A stretch of DNA of 64,000 bases. It comes from Alphaproteobacteria bacterium. GTDB lineage: Bacteria > Pseudomonadota > Alphaproteobacteria > Bin95. The DNA lies in assembly GCA_964291285.2 (NCBI GenBank), contig OZ219786.1, forward strand, positions 1,056,001-1,120,000, written 5' to 3'. This document shows positions 15,473 through 25,999 of the stretch, piece after piece. The notes below the pieces were generated by a model. It did not search any database. It worked only from the letters and a program-made list of their open reading frames with translations, and had not been told where the DNA came from. Each line of letters begins with the position of its first letter. Position 1 is the first letter of the stretch. A program made the translations under genes and the position numbers.

Positions 15473-16056
15473 GGGGCCGCAACCCTGGCCGTGCCGATCA
15501 TGGCGTCGCGCGTGACCAGCCCGGCCAGCGCGTCTGCGCCCCAGCCTTCCGTGCCGGCGGGCCGCTCGGGCAGCACCAGGTAGCGGATCTCGGCGGTCGA
15601 ATCCCAGACGCGGACCTCGACATCCTCGCCCACCTCCATGCCGAACTCGGCGAGCACGGCGCGCGGTTCGATCACCGCGCGGGCGCGGTAGGGCGGCGCC
15701 TTGTACCAGACCGGCGGCAGCCCCAGCACCGGCCACGGATAGCAGGAGCAGAGCGTGCAGACGACGAGGTTGTGGACCCGGCCCGTGTTCTCGACGACGA
15801 CCATGTGCTCGCCCTGCCGGCCGGTGAAGCCGAGCTCGGCAATGGCGGCGGAGCCATCGGCGAGCAGGCGCGCCCTGTATTCCGGGTCGGTCCAGGCGCG
15901 TGCCACCACCCGCGCCCCGTTATGCGGCCCGACCTCATGCTCATAGGTCTCGATCAGCCGGTCCATCGCCTCCGGATCGACATAGCCCCGTTCCACCAGC
16001 AGTGATTCCAGCGCCTGCACCCGGAGTTCGAGAGCATCCGGACCGTGGTCGTGCAT
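15469..16056 (-). CDS. nthA: Nitrile hydratase alpha subunit (cobalt type)
   Basis: [18 protein letters not shown] metal-binding motif; Thr/Tyr indicate the Co-type. Confidence 0.96.
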   Translation of the reverse strand: MHDHGPDALELRVQALESLLVERGYVDPEAMDRLIETYEHEVGPHNGARVVARAWTDPEYRARLLADGSAAIAELGFTGRQGEHMVVVENTGRVHNLVVCTLCSCYPWPVLGLPPVWYKAPPYRARAVIEPRAVLAEFGMEVGEDVEVRVWDSTAEIRYLVLPERPAGTEGWGADALAGLVTRDAMIGTARVAAP

Positions 16057-16208
16057 TTCCGCTCTCCCGACATCCCGTCATGCGCGGTGAATATAACCCG
16101 CCGCCGCCCGGCCGGCATACCCAACCGCCTTCCGCCCCGCCGCGCCGTGGCCTAAAGTGGTGGGCAACCTCTCCGCACAGCACCGCAACACCGGGAGACG
16201 ATTGTCCC

Positions 16209-17942
16209 ATGCCACTCGACGAAGGGTCACGCTTCGACAAGAACCGGCTTCCGAGCCGGCATGTCACCGAAGGGCCGTCCAAGGCGCCGCACCGCTCCTT
16301 CTACTACGCCATGGGCATGACGGAGGAGGAAATCCACGCCCCGCTCGTCGGCGTCGCCACCTGCTGGAACGAGGCCGCGCCCTGCAACATCACCCTCTCC
16401 CGCCAGGCGCAGGCGGTGAAGGCGGGCGTCAAGGCCGCCGACGGCACGCCGCGCGAGTTCACCACGATCACCGTCACCGACGGCATCGCCATGGGCCACC
16501 AGGGCATGAAGGCCTCGCTCGTGTCACGGGAAGTGATCGCCGACTCCGTCGAGCTCACAATGCGCGGCCACTGCTACGACGCGCTGGTCGGGCTCGCCGG
16601 CTGCGACAAGTCGCTGCCCGGCATGATGATGGCGCAGGTGCGCCTCAACGTGCCGTCCATCTTCCTCTACGGCGGCGCGATCCTGCCCGGCAATTTCCGT
16701 GGCCAGAACGTCACCATCCAGAATGTCTTCGAGGGCGTCGGCAAGCATGCGTCGGGCGAGTTCTCGGATTCGGACCTCAAGGAGCTGGAAGAATGCGCCT
16801 GCCCCTCCGGCGGGGCCTGCGGCGGCCAGTTCACCGCCAACACCATGGCGACCGTGGCCGAGGCCATCGGGCTCGCGCTCCCGCATTCCTGCTCGGCGCC
16901 CGCTCCCTACCTTTCGCGCGACGCCTATTGCGAGGAGGCCGGCAGGCAGGTGATGAACCTCATCGAGCTGGGCCTGCGCCCGCGCGATATCGTCACCCGC
17001 AAGTCGCTGGAAAACGCCGCCCGCGTGGTCGCGGCATCGGGCGGTTCCACCAATGCCGGCCTGCACCTGCCGGCCATCGCGCATGAGGCGGGCATCGACT
17101 TCGACCTGCTGGAGATCGCCGAGATCTTCCGCACGACGCCCTATATCTGCGACCTCCAGCCCGGCGGGCAGTATGTCGCCAAGGACATGTACGACGCCGG
17201 CGGTATCCCGATCCTGCTTAAGGAACTGCTCGACAACGGCCTCCTGCACGGCGACTGCATCACGGTCACCGGCAAGACCATGGCCGAAAACCTCGAGGAC
17301 ATCAGCTTCCCGACCGACCAGAAGGTCGTCTATCCGGTGAAGACGCCGCTCAGCGAGACGGGCGGCGTGGTGGGCCTCCAGGGCAGCCTCGCCCCGGACG
17401 GCGCGATCGTGAAGGTCGCGGGCATGGACGTGCTGCAATTCGAGGGCCCGGCGCGCTGCTTCGACCGCGAGGAAGAAGCCTTCGACGCCGTGATCGACGG
17501 GCGCATCCAGGCGGGCGATGTCATCGTCATCCGCTATGAAGGCCCCAAGGGCGGGCCCGGCATGCGCGAGATGCTGGCCACCACCTCCGCGATCTACGGG
17601 CGCGGCCTCGGCGAGTCGGTAGCGCTGGTCACTGACGGACGGTTCTCCGGCGCGACGCGCGGATTCTGCATCGGCCATGTCGGGCCGGAGGCGGCCGAGG
17701 GCGGCCCCATCGGGCTGCTGCGCGACGGCGACACGATCCGCATCGACGCCGTGGCGGGCACGCTGGATGTGGACCTCTCCGAGGCCGAAATGGCGGAACG
17801 CGCGAAGACCCGGGTCTCGCCACCGGCCGAATTCGGCTCCGGTTCGATCTGGAAATACGCCCAGACCGTCGGCTCCGCGCGCAAGGGCGCCGTCACCCAT
17901 CCGGGCGGCAGCGGCGAAGTCTCGCAATACGCCGACATCTGA
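16209..17942 (+). CDS. ilvD: Dihydroxy-acid dehydratase
   Basis: ATG 16209; [44 protein letters not shown]. Confidence 0.95.
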   Translation: MPLDEGSRFDKNRLPSRHVTEGPSKAPHRSFYYAMGMTEEEIHAPLVGVATCWNEAAPCNITLSRQAQAVKAGVKAADGTPREFTTITVTDGIAMGHQGMKASLVSREVIADSVELTMRGHCYDALVGLAGCDKSLPGMMMAQVRLNVPSIFLYGGAILPGNFRGQNVTIQNVFEGVGKHASGEFSDSDLKELEECACPSGGACGGQFTANTMATVAEAIGLALPHSCSAPAPYLSRDAYCEEAGRQVMNLIELGLRPRDIVTRKSLENAARVVAASGGSTNAGLHLPAIAHEAGIDFDLLEIAEIFRTTPYICDLQPGGQYVAKDMYDAGGIPILLKELLDNGLLHGDCITVTGKTMAENLEDISFPTDQKVVYPVKTPLSETGGVVGLQGSLAPDGAIVKVAGMDVLQFEGPARCFDREEEAFDAVIDGRIQAGDVIVIRYEGPKGGPGMREMLATTSAIYGRGLGESVALVTDGRFSGATRGFCIGHVGPEAAEGGPIGLLRDGDTIRIDAVAGTLDVDLSEAEMAERAKTRVSPPAEFGSGSIWKYAQTVGSARKGAVTHPGGSGEVSQYADI

Positions 17943-19421
17943 GGGCTGGGAGAGGGGTGGCGCACAGTTCCCTGTCGCCGGCGCGCGTTTGCGCCAGCGG
18001 CGGGACTTTTACAAACTCGCCCGGTTCTCGGAGGAGCCGCCCATGCTCGCCAACCTGCGGAACGAGAAGCGGCCGCCCTATACACGCGAAACCTTCTGGG
18101 CGGACCTGAGGGCCAGCATTACGCTCGCGGCCTCCAATGTCCCCACCACGATGGCGCTTGGCGTCATTTCCGGAATGGGAGCCCTCGCGGGGCTCTGGTG
18201 CGGCGTGATAGTCGGGATCATCGCGGCGCTGTTCGGCGGCACGCGCGCGATCGTAAGCGGCGCGAGCGCCGTACTCGCGGTCATCACCGCAACGCTGCTC
18301 ACGGGCAACGAGTTCACGCTGGCGGAGCTTGCCGTCATCATCATCATGGCCGGGGCCATCCAGATCGCGCTCGGGCTTGCCGGCGTCGGCCGCTTCGTCT
18401 CCTACATGCCGCATATCGTGCTCGCGGGGTTCATGTCGGGCATCGGCGTGCTCCTCCTCTGGACGCAGGTGGAGAAGCTGGTCCATCTGGGCATAAGCAA
18501 CCTCGCCGTAGCGGGCGTCTGCCTGGTGCTGCTGCTTGCCTGGCCGGCCCGCGTCGGCAAATTCCTGCCGGCGGCGCTTGCGGTCATCGCCATCGGCTGG
18601 CTCTTGGCGCAGTTCCTGCCCGGCGTTGAGCGGCTGGGGCCCGTACCGACGGGACTGCCGGTTCCCGTCCTGGAGATGCCGCCGCTCGCCTTCCTGCCCG
18701 AAGCCGTCGGACCGGCGGTGCTGGTTGCGCTCATCAGCTCGATCTACACGCTGATGTGGGCACTCATCGCCGACAGCTTCACCGGCGGGCAGCACAATCC
18801 CAACCGCGAGCTGTTCGGCGTCGGCCTCGGGAACCTGGCGGCTGGAATCCTCGGCGTCATGCCCGGAGGGGCGACCATCGCCACCATGACGTCGCGCCGC
18901 TTCGGTGGGAAGACCGTCGTCGCGAGCATAATCTGCATGGTCATCGTCGCGGTGCTCATCCTCGGCCTCGGCCGGTATGTCGCGCCGCTTCCGCTCGCGG
19001 CGCTCTCCGCCATCGTCATGCTCGTCGGCTGGAAGATGATCGACTTCTCCTTCCTGCGGAAGGTGCCCCGAATGGACCCGCGGCACTCTACGGTCATGCT
19101 GCTCATCATGGGCGTGACGATCTTCGTCGATCCGCTCTTCGCCATCGTCTTCGGCGTCATCGCCGCGAATATCGTCAGCGCTACGCAGCTGGAATCGCTG
19201 GAGCTCGACAGCGTGATTTCCACACCGCTTCTCGACGCCACTTTCGATGCGGAATCGTCCGATGACTACACCGCACGCATAGGCCTGCTGGCCTTCCGCG
19301 GTTCGTTCACGGTGTCGTCGTCGCGCAAGCTGATCCGCCTGATCGGCGACGACATCCGCGACCATGAGGTCGTGATTTTCGACCTGTCCAACGCCACCCA
19401 TATCGACGACAGCGCCGCTAA

Positions 19422-21435
19422 CCCGACTTCCGCAACTCGGCTTGAGAATCGACTGATTTGACGGTTTTCCGGCGCGAGAAGTGTCGGATTTCGGTGCAGT
19501 ACCTCTCGGGACCGGCTTGTAGTGCCGACCTACCCCCTTGATCGGGCTGGCGAAGATCCGGACGCTGCGCTGATGTTCGTGCGCTGCAAGAGACGCTTCA
19601 AGGACGGCAAGGAGCACCGCTACTGGAGCGTTGTGGAGAACGTCCGGGTCCACGGCAGTCGGGTTGTTCAGCGTCAGGTGCTCTATCTCGGGGAGATCAA
19701 CGACAGCCAGCGAGCGGCGTGGTGCCGCTCGATCGAGGTGGTGGAGGGCAAGTCGCGATCACGGCAGATGGCGCTGTTTCCCGAGGACCGGGAGGCGCCG
19801 GCGCTGACTTGCGAAGTGGTGAAGATCGACCTCTCGCAGGTGGCGCTTCACGACCCGCGCCAGTGGGGGGCGTGCTGGCTGGCGCTGTCCTTGTGGGACC
19901 GCCTGGACCTGGACCGCTTCTGGGAAGAGCGGCTGCCGGCGAGCCGGCAAGGCACGCGGTGGCTGGACATCCTGAAGATCCAGGTCTGCTACCGGCTGAT
20001 CGACCCGGGCAGCGAGTGGCGCCTTCACCGTCACTGGTATGAGCACAGCGCGCTTCGCGATCTTCTGGGTGGCGAGCGGGCGATCGCCGACGACACACTC
20101 TATCGCTGTCTCGACAAGCTGCTGGCGCACAAGCAGGGCTTCTTCTCGTTTCTGCGCGACCGCTGGGCGACGCTGTTCGAGGCGCGCTTCGACGTGCTGC
20201 TCTACGACCTGACCTCGACCTACTTCGAGAGCGATCCGCCGTTCGATGACAAGCGCCGCTTCGGCTACAGCCGGGACAAGCGGCCCGACTGCGTGCAGGT
20301 GGTGATCGCCCTGATCGTTACGCCGCAGGGCTTTCCGCTGGCCTATGAGGTGATGCCGGGCAACACCTCCGACGACACCACGCTGGCGGCGTTCCTCAAG
20401 AAGATCGAGGATCAGTATGGCCGCTCCGAGCGGGTGTGGATCATGGACCGCGGCATCCCCACCGAGGAGACGCTGGCCGCGATGCGCGAGGGCGAGGCGC
20501 CGGTGCGCTACCTGGTGGGCACGCCCAAGGGCCGGCTGACGCGGCTCGAGAAGGTGTTCCTGGGCCTGCCCTGGCAGGAGGTGCGCCAGTCCGTGACTGT
20601 CAAGCTTCTGGTCGAGGATGGCGAGCTCTACGTCCTGGTGCGCAGCGAGGGGCGGCAGGTGAAGGAACGCGGCATGCGCCGGCGCCGGCTGAAGAGGCTG
20701 TGGCGTCGATTGGCCGAGTTGCAAGGGCAGTCGAACAGCCGGGATCAGTTGTTGCTCAAGCTCGGCGCCGCCAGGAAGGAGGCCGGCCGGGCCTGGAGCC
20801 TGGTCGACATCACCGTGCCCGGGACCGACAGCGAACTCGCCGCCAACGGCTTCTCATTCCGCCTGCAGCGCGACCGGCTGCGCCAGGTCCGCCGCCGCGA
20901 GGGCCGTTACCTGCTGCGATCCAACATGGTCGCCGAAGACCCCGCCACGCTGTGGCATCTGTACATGCAGCTCGTCGAGATCGAGCAGGCGTTCAAGGAA
21001 CTCAAGCACGACCTCGCGATCCGCCCCATCTTCCATCAGCGCCAAGAGCGCATCGAGGCGCATATCTTCGTCTCGTTCATCGCCTACTGCCTGCTGGTGA
21101 CCCTGAAGAACCTCGCCCGGCCGCGCGCCCCGGGCCTCACCCCACGCGCCATCCTTGAGGCCTTCGCCACCATCCAGATGGTGGACGTCCATCTGCCAAC
21201 CACCGACGGCCGGCACCTCGTCCTGCCGCGCCACACCCGGCCGAACAAGGAGCACGAGCTACTGCTGCAACAGCTCGGCATGACCTGGCCGCAGCAACCC
21301 GCACCCCGGATCTCCGCCTGACGGCACACGGCGCCGCCTCTCCGTTCGCCGCCTTGTAGTGCCGACCCTCGGGGAGACGATCAAGGCTATTCAATGAGTT
21401 AGCATCCTCATGACCCCCGAGTTGCGGAAGTCGGG
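19422..21435 (+). mobile_element. IS1634-family element, copy 1 (2014 bp)
   Basis: Terminal IRs CCCGACTTCCGCAACTC / GAGTTGCGGAAGTCGGG; flanking CTAA duplication (19418-19421, 21436-21439). Confidence 0.93.
19573..21321 (+). CDS. IS1634-family DDE transposase
   Basis: YDLTSTYFE, GYSRDKRPDC, WIMDRG, IEQAFKELK, RIEAHIF motifs. Confidence 0.93.
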   Translation: MFVRCKRRFKDGKEHRYWSVVENVRVHGSRVVQRQVLYLGEINDSQRAAWCRSIEVVEGKSRSRQMALFPEDREAPALTCEVVKIDLSQVALHDPRQWGACWLALSLWDRLDLDRFWEERLPASRQGTRWLDILKIQVCYRLIDPGSEWRLHRHWYEHSALRDLLGGERAIADDTLYRCLDKLLAHKQGFFSFLRDRWATLFEARFDVLLYDLTSTYFESDPPFDDKRRFGYSRDKRPDCVQVVIALIVTPQGFPLAYEVMPGNTSDDTTLAAFLKKIEDQYGRSERVWIMDRGIPTEETLAAMREGEAPVRYLVGTPKGRLTRLEKVFLGLPWQEVRQSVTVKLLVEDGELYVLVRSEGRQVKERGMRRRRLKRLWRRLAELQGQSNSRDQLLLKLGAARKEAGRAWSLVDITVPGTDSELAANGFSFRLQRDRLRQVRRREGRYLLRSNMVAEDPATLWHLYMQLVEIEQAFKELKHDLAIRPIFHQRQERIEAHIFVSFIAYCLLVTLKNLARPRAPGLTPRAILEAFATIQMVDVHLPTTDGRHLVLPRHTRPNKEHELLLQQLGMTWPQQPAPRISA

Positions 21436-21651
21436 CTAATCTGCTGGCTCTGCTCATCGACCGGGCGAAACAGACCGGCACGCAGATCGTCATGGTCGAC
21501 GCGAGCGACCGTGTCCGAAAAACCCTCTACGCCTTCGACGTCCTCGACCGGATTCCCGACGACCGGATTGTCGGGACCCCGGAGGAGGCCCGGGACCTGG
21601 CCTGGTCGCTGCTGTAGACGCCTTCCGCGCCGCAATGCGCCGGCGGGTCGA

Positions 21652-22293
21652 TCAAGTGTAGCGGCGCACGCCGCCTGTCAGCGCGGGAAAGGCATCTTCC
21701 GGCCGGTAATCGGCGAAACTCGACAACATCTGGGCATCGCACTCCCGCTGCCAATGCGAGCCGGGCAGAACCGCGGAAACGCACCGGTATTTCTCACGGA
21801 ACGCTGCGCTGCGCTCCGTGCTCTCGATGGCGACGGCGGCCAGGCCGGCGACGCCGCCCTGCTGGCGCTCGACGAGGGCGATGGCGCCTTCCATCGTCCC
21901 GCCGGTCTCGATCCACTGGTCAACCAGCAGGACCCGCGTTCCCGGCGCAAAAGCCGGCAGGCGCATCTCCATATGCTGGGTCCGGCCGGAATAGTTCGTG
22001 AACGCCACCCTGTCCGTATCGACGCAGAGCTTGCCGGCCTTGCGGATCGGCAGGAACCCGACGCCCAGCCTCACCGCCAGAGCGGTTCCGAGAACGAACC
22101 CCATGGCGTCGAGGCCCGCAACGACATCGACATCGACGCCCTCCAGATCGGCGTGCAGGTCGTCAAGCAGATCGTGAAACGCCCCTCCATTGATGTAGAT
22201 GGACGTAGGGTCCAGCCAGGCGAACCCGCCGCCCTTGGTGTTCGGCGCCATCAGCCGCAAGTACCAGCGGTCGTCGCGGGGGCCTTTATCCAT
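21652..22293 (-). CDS. Adenine phosphoribosyltransferase-like type I PRTase
   Basis: AGLDAMGFVLG, LPIRKAGKL, VLLVDQWIETGGT (PRPP loop with atypical DQW). Confidence 0.82.
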   Translation of the reverse strand: MDKGPRDDRWYLRLMAPNTKGGGFAWLDPTSIYINGGAFHDLLDDLHADLEGVDVDVVAGLDAMGFVLGTALAVRLGVGFLPIRKAGKLCVDTDRVAFTNYSGRTQHMEMRLPAFAPGTRVLLVDQWIETGGTMEGAIALVERQQGGVAGLAAVAIESTERSAAFREKYRCVSAVLPGSHWQRECDAQMLSSFADYRPEDAFPALTGGVRRYT

Positions 22294-23083
22294 GGCTACC
22301 GATCTCCCGGGCAATCCGCATTAGACGCGCCAGTCGGGCGGGGTCGATATTGTAGAAGTCATCCGGCCGGTTGACCCCGGTTGCCACCAGGAAAGCGTCG
22401 GAATCGGCATAGATTCGCGCGTTCTCGGGCGTAATGCCGGAGGCCAGCGCAAGCGGCGCGTCGCCAACGCCGGCCCTGAAGCGCCGGAGCTTTTGCAGAC
22501 CGGCTTCCTCCCCGGTCGCTGCGCCCGACGTTGTGACGACATCCATGAAGGGGGCTGCCTCGCGCGCGGCGTCCTGCCAGTGTGCCGGATCGACGGGGCG
22601 CTGCTTCTTGAATGCCGTGCCGCCGAAATAGAGTCCGGACCATCCGCTCGCCGCCCGCGCGGCGGCAATCTGCCGGGCTTCGGAGGGGTCCCGCCCGGTC
22701 TCGTCGATCCGCGCGTCGTCTCCCCAGTAGGCATCTATCCGGCAACCGGCCTTCCCGAGTTCGCCCAGGAGCGGGAAGGCGTCGCGGCCCGTGACGGCCA
22801 GGAAGTTGACACCCATCCAGAGCGCCGGCCACGCGCTCCGGACCTCGCTGATGACAGGCAGAAACGGCTCGACGCCGAAGTCATGGTTGATCAGGAAACA
22901 GCCCGGTGCGCCTTCGCCGACCAGAATGCGGATGTTCTCGTTTACCTGTCCCGCGTCCAGTGCATGGATCACGGGCAGGACGACCGGGCCCGGCGCCTTG
23001 AAGAGCTTATGGAATTCCCGAAGCGTCACGGCGGGAAACTTGCGGCCGATTGGCTGTGCAGTCAAAGATGTTCCTTGCTGCAA
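22286..23083 (-). CDS. BtpA/SgcQ-like TIM-barrel protein (start possibly a GTG near 23029)
   Basis: VVLPVIH, GVNFL, DVVTTSGAATG, PLALASGITPEN. Confidence 0.6.
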   Translation of the reverse strand: MQQGTSLTAQPIGRKFPAVTLREFHKLFKAPGPVVLPVIHALDAGQVNENIRILVGEGAPGCFLINHDFGVEPFLPVISEVRSAWPALWMGVNFLAVTGRDAFPLLGELGKAGCRIDAYWGDDARIDETGRDPSEARQIAAARAASGWSGLYFGGTAFKKQRPVDPAHWQDAAREAAPFMDVVTTSGAATGEEAGLQKLRRFRAGVGDAPLALASGITPENARIYADSDAFLVATGVNRPDDFYNIDPARLARLMRIAREIGSHG

Positions 23084-23129
23084 TGTTCAATTCGGGTTTG
23101 GATACCGCGAGCAGCCAACGGGAGGTCAT

Positions 23130-24254
23130 ATGATGAGCGAAAAGGTGAACCTGACGCGCCGCAAGGTGCTTATGGCAACAGGCGCGACGGCGCTCAGCGC
23201 CCCGTTCGTCGGCCGCGCATGGGCCTCGACGACCGAGATCAACATGCTTGCCTGGTACGGCCATGGCGAGCCGGACATCGTCGGCGCCTTCGAGGAAGCC
23301 AACAATGTCAAATTCAAGCCGAAATACTACGCCGGCGGCGACAACATGCTGGCGCTTATCGCCCAGTCGCCTCCCGGCACCTACGACGTGATCCTCTCGG
23401 ACGCCGAGTTCGTGCAGCAGCTGAATGCGGCGGGCTATATCGAGGCTCTGGACGCAAACGACTATCCGTTCGACGACATGCTGCACGACGACTTCACGAA
23501 GTTCCCGGGACATTGGGACGGCGACACGCTGTTCTCGATGATGGTGCGGTTCGGGCATCTGGGCGTCAGCTACAACACGACCGCGATCTCGGCCGAAGAG
23601 GCCATGAGCTACAAGTGCTTCTGGAAGCCCGAGGTGAAGGGCAAGGTCGGGCATTTCGACTGGCACCTGCCGTCTCTGGGCATGATGAGCCTCTATAACG
23701 GCAACGGTGCGGGACTCTGGGACCTAGACGACGCCGAATGGGAGGCGGTGCAGAAGACGACCATGAGCCTGCGCCCGCAGGTCGGCGGCTACTTCGACTA
23801 TGGCGGCACCTTCAACAGCCTGAAGAACGGCGAGATGCTGGCCATGTGCGGGATCGGCGACTGGATCACGGGTGTGCTGGAAAAGGACGGCGCGCCGGTG
23901 GCCTCGGTCATTCCGAAGGAGGGCGGCATACAGTGGACGGAGAGCTACTGCATCGGCAAAGGCTCGTCCAAGGCGGATATCGTCAAGAGCTTCATCCAGT
24001 ACATGCTGAGCCCCGAGGGACAGGTGAAGTCGGCCCAGATGGCCGCCTATCCGGGCAACTGCATCACCAAGGGCGGACGCGCGGCCCTAGTTGCCGCCGA
24101 CAGCGCCGAGGCGGAGCGCTCCAACCAGACGGACGGGAACCCGATGGACCCGATCGCGCTCATCAATGAAGGCCGCATCCACTACCGCAACATCCCGGTC
24201 AACCAGACGCTTGAGGACTGGAACGACTTCTGGTCCGAGTACAAGAACGCCTGA
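23130..24254 (+). CDS. ABC transporter substrate-binding protein (PotD/PotF-like) with Tat signal
   Basis: GGAGG RBS; LTRRKVLM twin-arginine leader; IPKEGGIQW; FIQYMLSPEGQ. Confidence 0.88.
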   Translation: MMSEKVNLTRRKVLMATGATALSAPFVGRAWASTTEINMLAWYGHGEPDIVGAFEEANNVKFKPKYYAGGDNMLALIAQSPPGTYDVILSDAEFVQQLNAAGYIEALDANDYPFDDMLHDDFTKFPGHWDGDTLFSMMVRFGHLGVSYNTTAISAEEAMSYKCFWKPEVKGKVGHFDWHLPSLGMMSLYNGNGAGLWDLDDAEWEAVQKTTMSLRPQVGGYFDYGGTFNSLKNGEMLAMCGIGDWITGVLEKDGAPVASVIPKEGGIQWTESYCIGKGSSKADIVKSFIQYMLSPEGQVKSAQMAAYPGNCITKGGRAALVAADSAEAERSNQTDGNPMDPIALINEGRIHYRNIPVNQTLEDWNDFWSEYKNA

Positions 24255-24377
24255 TGCCGGGGCGAGCGCGTCCGGGGCCACCCTTCCGGTCCCGGACGCT
24301 GACCTGCGGGACCCCGGCGCCAGAGCCTTGACGGCGCGGGGTCCGTTACGCCCTCCCTGCATGTCCAAGCGCGCGCC

Positions 24378-25214
24378 ATGAACCGTTTTGCGTTCGCCTT
24401 CCGGCTGCCGGTCATCGTCTGGCAGGGGCTGTTCTTCCTCGGGCCCCTGTTCTTCATGATCGCGATGAGCTTCTTCCTGGTGAAGAACTACCGGATGGAG
24501 GAGGCGTTCGAGCTCAAGAACTGGGCGCGGATGCTCACCAGGGGCTATGTGTGGGACAGCTACTGGTACACCTTCGGCATGGCGGGCCTGGCGACGCTGG
24601 CGGCGACGCTGGTGGCCTTTCCCGCAGCCTACGCCCTGGCATTCCGGGTGTCGGAGGCGACACGGCGCTGGGCGATCTTTCTTCTCATCATCCCGTTCTT
24701 CACGTCCTATCTGGTCCGCACGTTCTCCTGGTACGTGATCCTGGCGGAATCGGGCGTAATCAATGCCGGGATCGGCGCCGCCGGGCTCGGTCCCTACACC
24801 ATGCTCAACACGCCCTTCGGCACGGTCGTCGGCTACCTGACCCTGACATTGCCGCTGGTCGTCATCCTGCAGACCGTCTCGCTCGCCAATATCGACCGGA
24901 ACCTCGTCCAGGCCGCCCGGAACCTCGGCTGTCCGCCCCGGCGCACGCTGTTCGCCGTGATCGTGCCGCTCGCGAAGGCGGGGCTCATCATCGCGGCGCT
25001 GTTCTGCTTCATCCTGTCCTTCGGCGACTTCGTCGCGCCCTATTACCTGGGCGGGTCGAAACCGCCCACTCTGCCGATACTGATCATCGACACCACGAAA
25101 TCCGGCCAGCAGTGGCCGCGTGCGGCCGTCGTCGCGGTCATGATGATGCTCACGCTGTTCACCATCGCCGCCACCGCCATCTGGCTGGCCTATCGCAAGC
25201 GGTTATCGTCATGA
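24378..25214 (+). CDS. ABC transporter permease (PotB-like)
   Basis: Transmembrane segments; IPFFTSYLVRTFSW; LVQAARNLG EAA-type loop. Confidence 0.9.
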   Translation: MNRFAFAFRLPVIVWQGLFFLGPLFFMIAMSFFLVKNYRMEEAFELKNWARMLTRGYVWDSYWYTFGMAGLATLAATLVAFPAAYALAFRVSEATRRWAIFLLIIPFFTSYLVRTFSWYVILAESGVINAGIGAAGLGPYTMLNTPFGTVVGYLTLTLPLVVILQTVSLANIDRNLVQAARNLGCPPRRTLFAVIVPLAKAGLIIAALFCFILSFGDFVAPYYLGGSKPPTLPILIIDTTKSGQQWPRAAVVAVMMMLTLFTIAATAIWLAYRKRLSS

Positions 25215-25999
25215 GCGCGCGGATCGCGACCGTCCTACTGCTCGGCTGGCTGCTACTGGTGTTCGTCTTCATCTTCGCGCCGATCGTCGCGTCGGTCGTC
25301 TTTTCCTTCAACTCGGACCGGTTCCCGACGATCCCGCTGGGCTCCTTCACCACCCACTGGTACGACACGATTTTCGCCGACGCCGAGATCGGCGAGGCAG
25401 CCCGCAACTCGATCATCGTCTCGCTCTCGACCTCCGTTATCGCGACAACGCTGGGTTTCGCGACCGCCTATACCGACTATCGCTACAGCTTCCGCCTCAA
25501 GGGGCCGTATCTGGCGCTGATCCTGCTGCCGCCGACGATCCCGCTGATCATCATGGCGCTTGCCATGCTCGCCTGGCTGTCCTGGATCGGGGCGTCGGGC
25601 CAGCTCTGGTCGATCGTCATCGCTCATTCCGTGCTGACGGCGCCCTTCGCCATGGCGATCATCCGCCTGCGCCTGAACCAGATCGATCCGAACCTGGAGG
25701 CCGCGGCCTGGAATCTGGGCTCCTCGGAATGGCGGGCGCTGCGGTCGGTCATACTCCCGTTCTGCCGGCCCGCCATTGTCTCCGCCGCCTGCCTCACCGC
25801 CGCCGTTTCCTTTGACGAGTTTGCGGTAGCATGGTTCGTAAGCGGGCTGAACAAGACCGTGCCGGTGATCGTCCTCGAGATCGTCCAGGGCAATATCGAC
25901 CCGCAGGTCAACGCCATCGGGTCGCTTGTGTTCCTGACCTCCATCACGCTGGTGGTCCTCGCTCAACTCTTCTTCATCGCCAGGGTTGGTCGCACATGA
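25211..25999 (+). CDS. ABC transporter permease (PotC-like)
   Basis: ATGA overlap; FSFNS, LEAAAWNLG, SFDEF. Confidence 0.9.
   Translation: MSARIATVLLLGWLLLVFVFIFAPIVASVVFSFNSDRFPTIPLGSFTTHWYDTIFADAEIGEAARNSIIVSLSTSVIATTLGFATAYTDYRYSFRLKGPYLALILLPPTIPLIIMALAMLAWLSWIGASGQLWSIVIAHSVLTAPFAMAIIRLRLNQIDPNLEAAAWNLGSSEWRALRSVILPFCRPAIVSAACLTAAVSFDEFAVAWFVSGLNKTVPVIVLEIVQGNIDPQVNAIGSLVFLTSITLVVLAQLFFIARVGRT

Larger units (their letters stand above)
18043..21617 (+). pseudogene. SulP/SLC26 anion transporter interrupted in its STAS domain by IS1634
   Basis: Hydrophobic SulP core (NPNRELFGVGLGN); removing the IS plus one CTAA restores ...HIDDSAANLLALLIDRAKQTG...AWSLL* ending at 21617. Confidence 0.9.
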
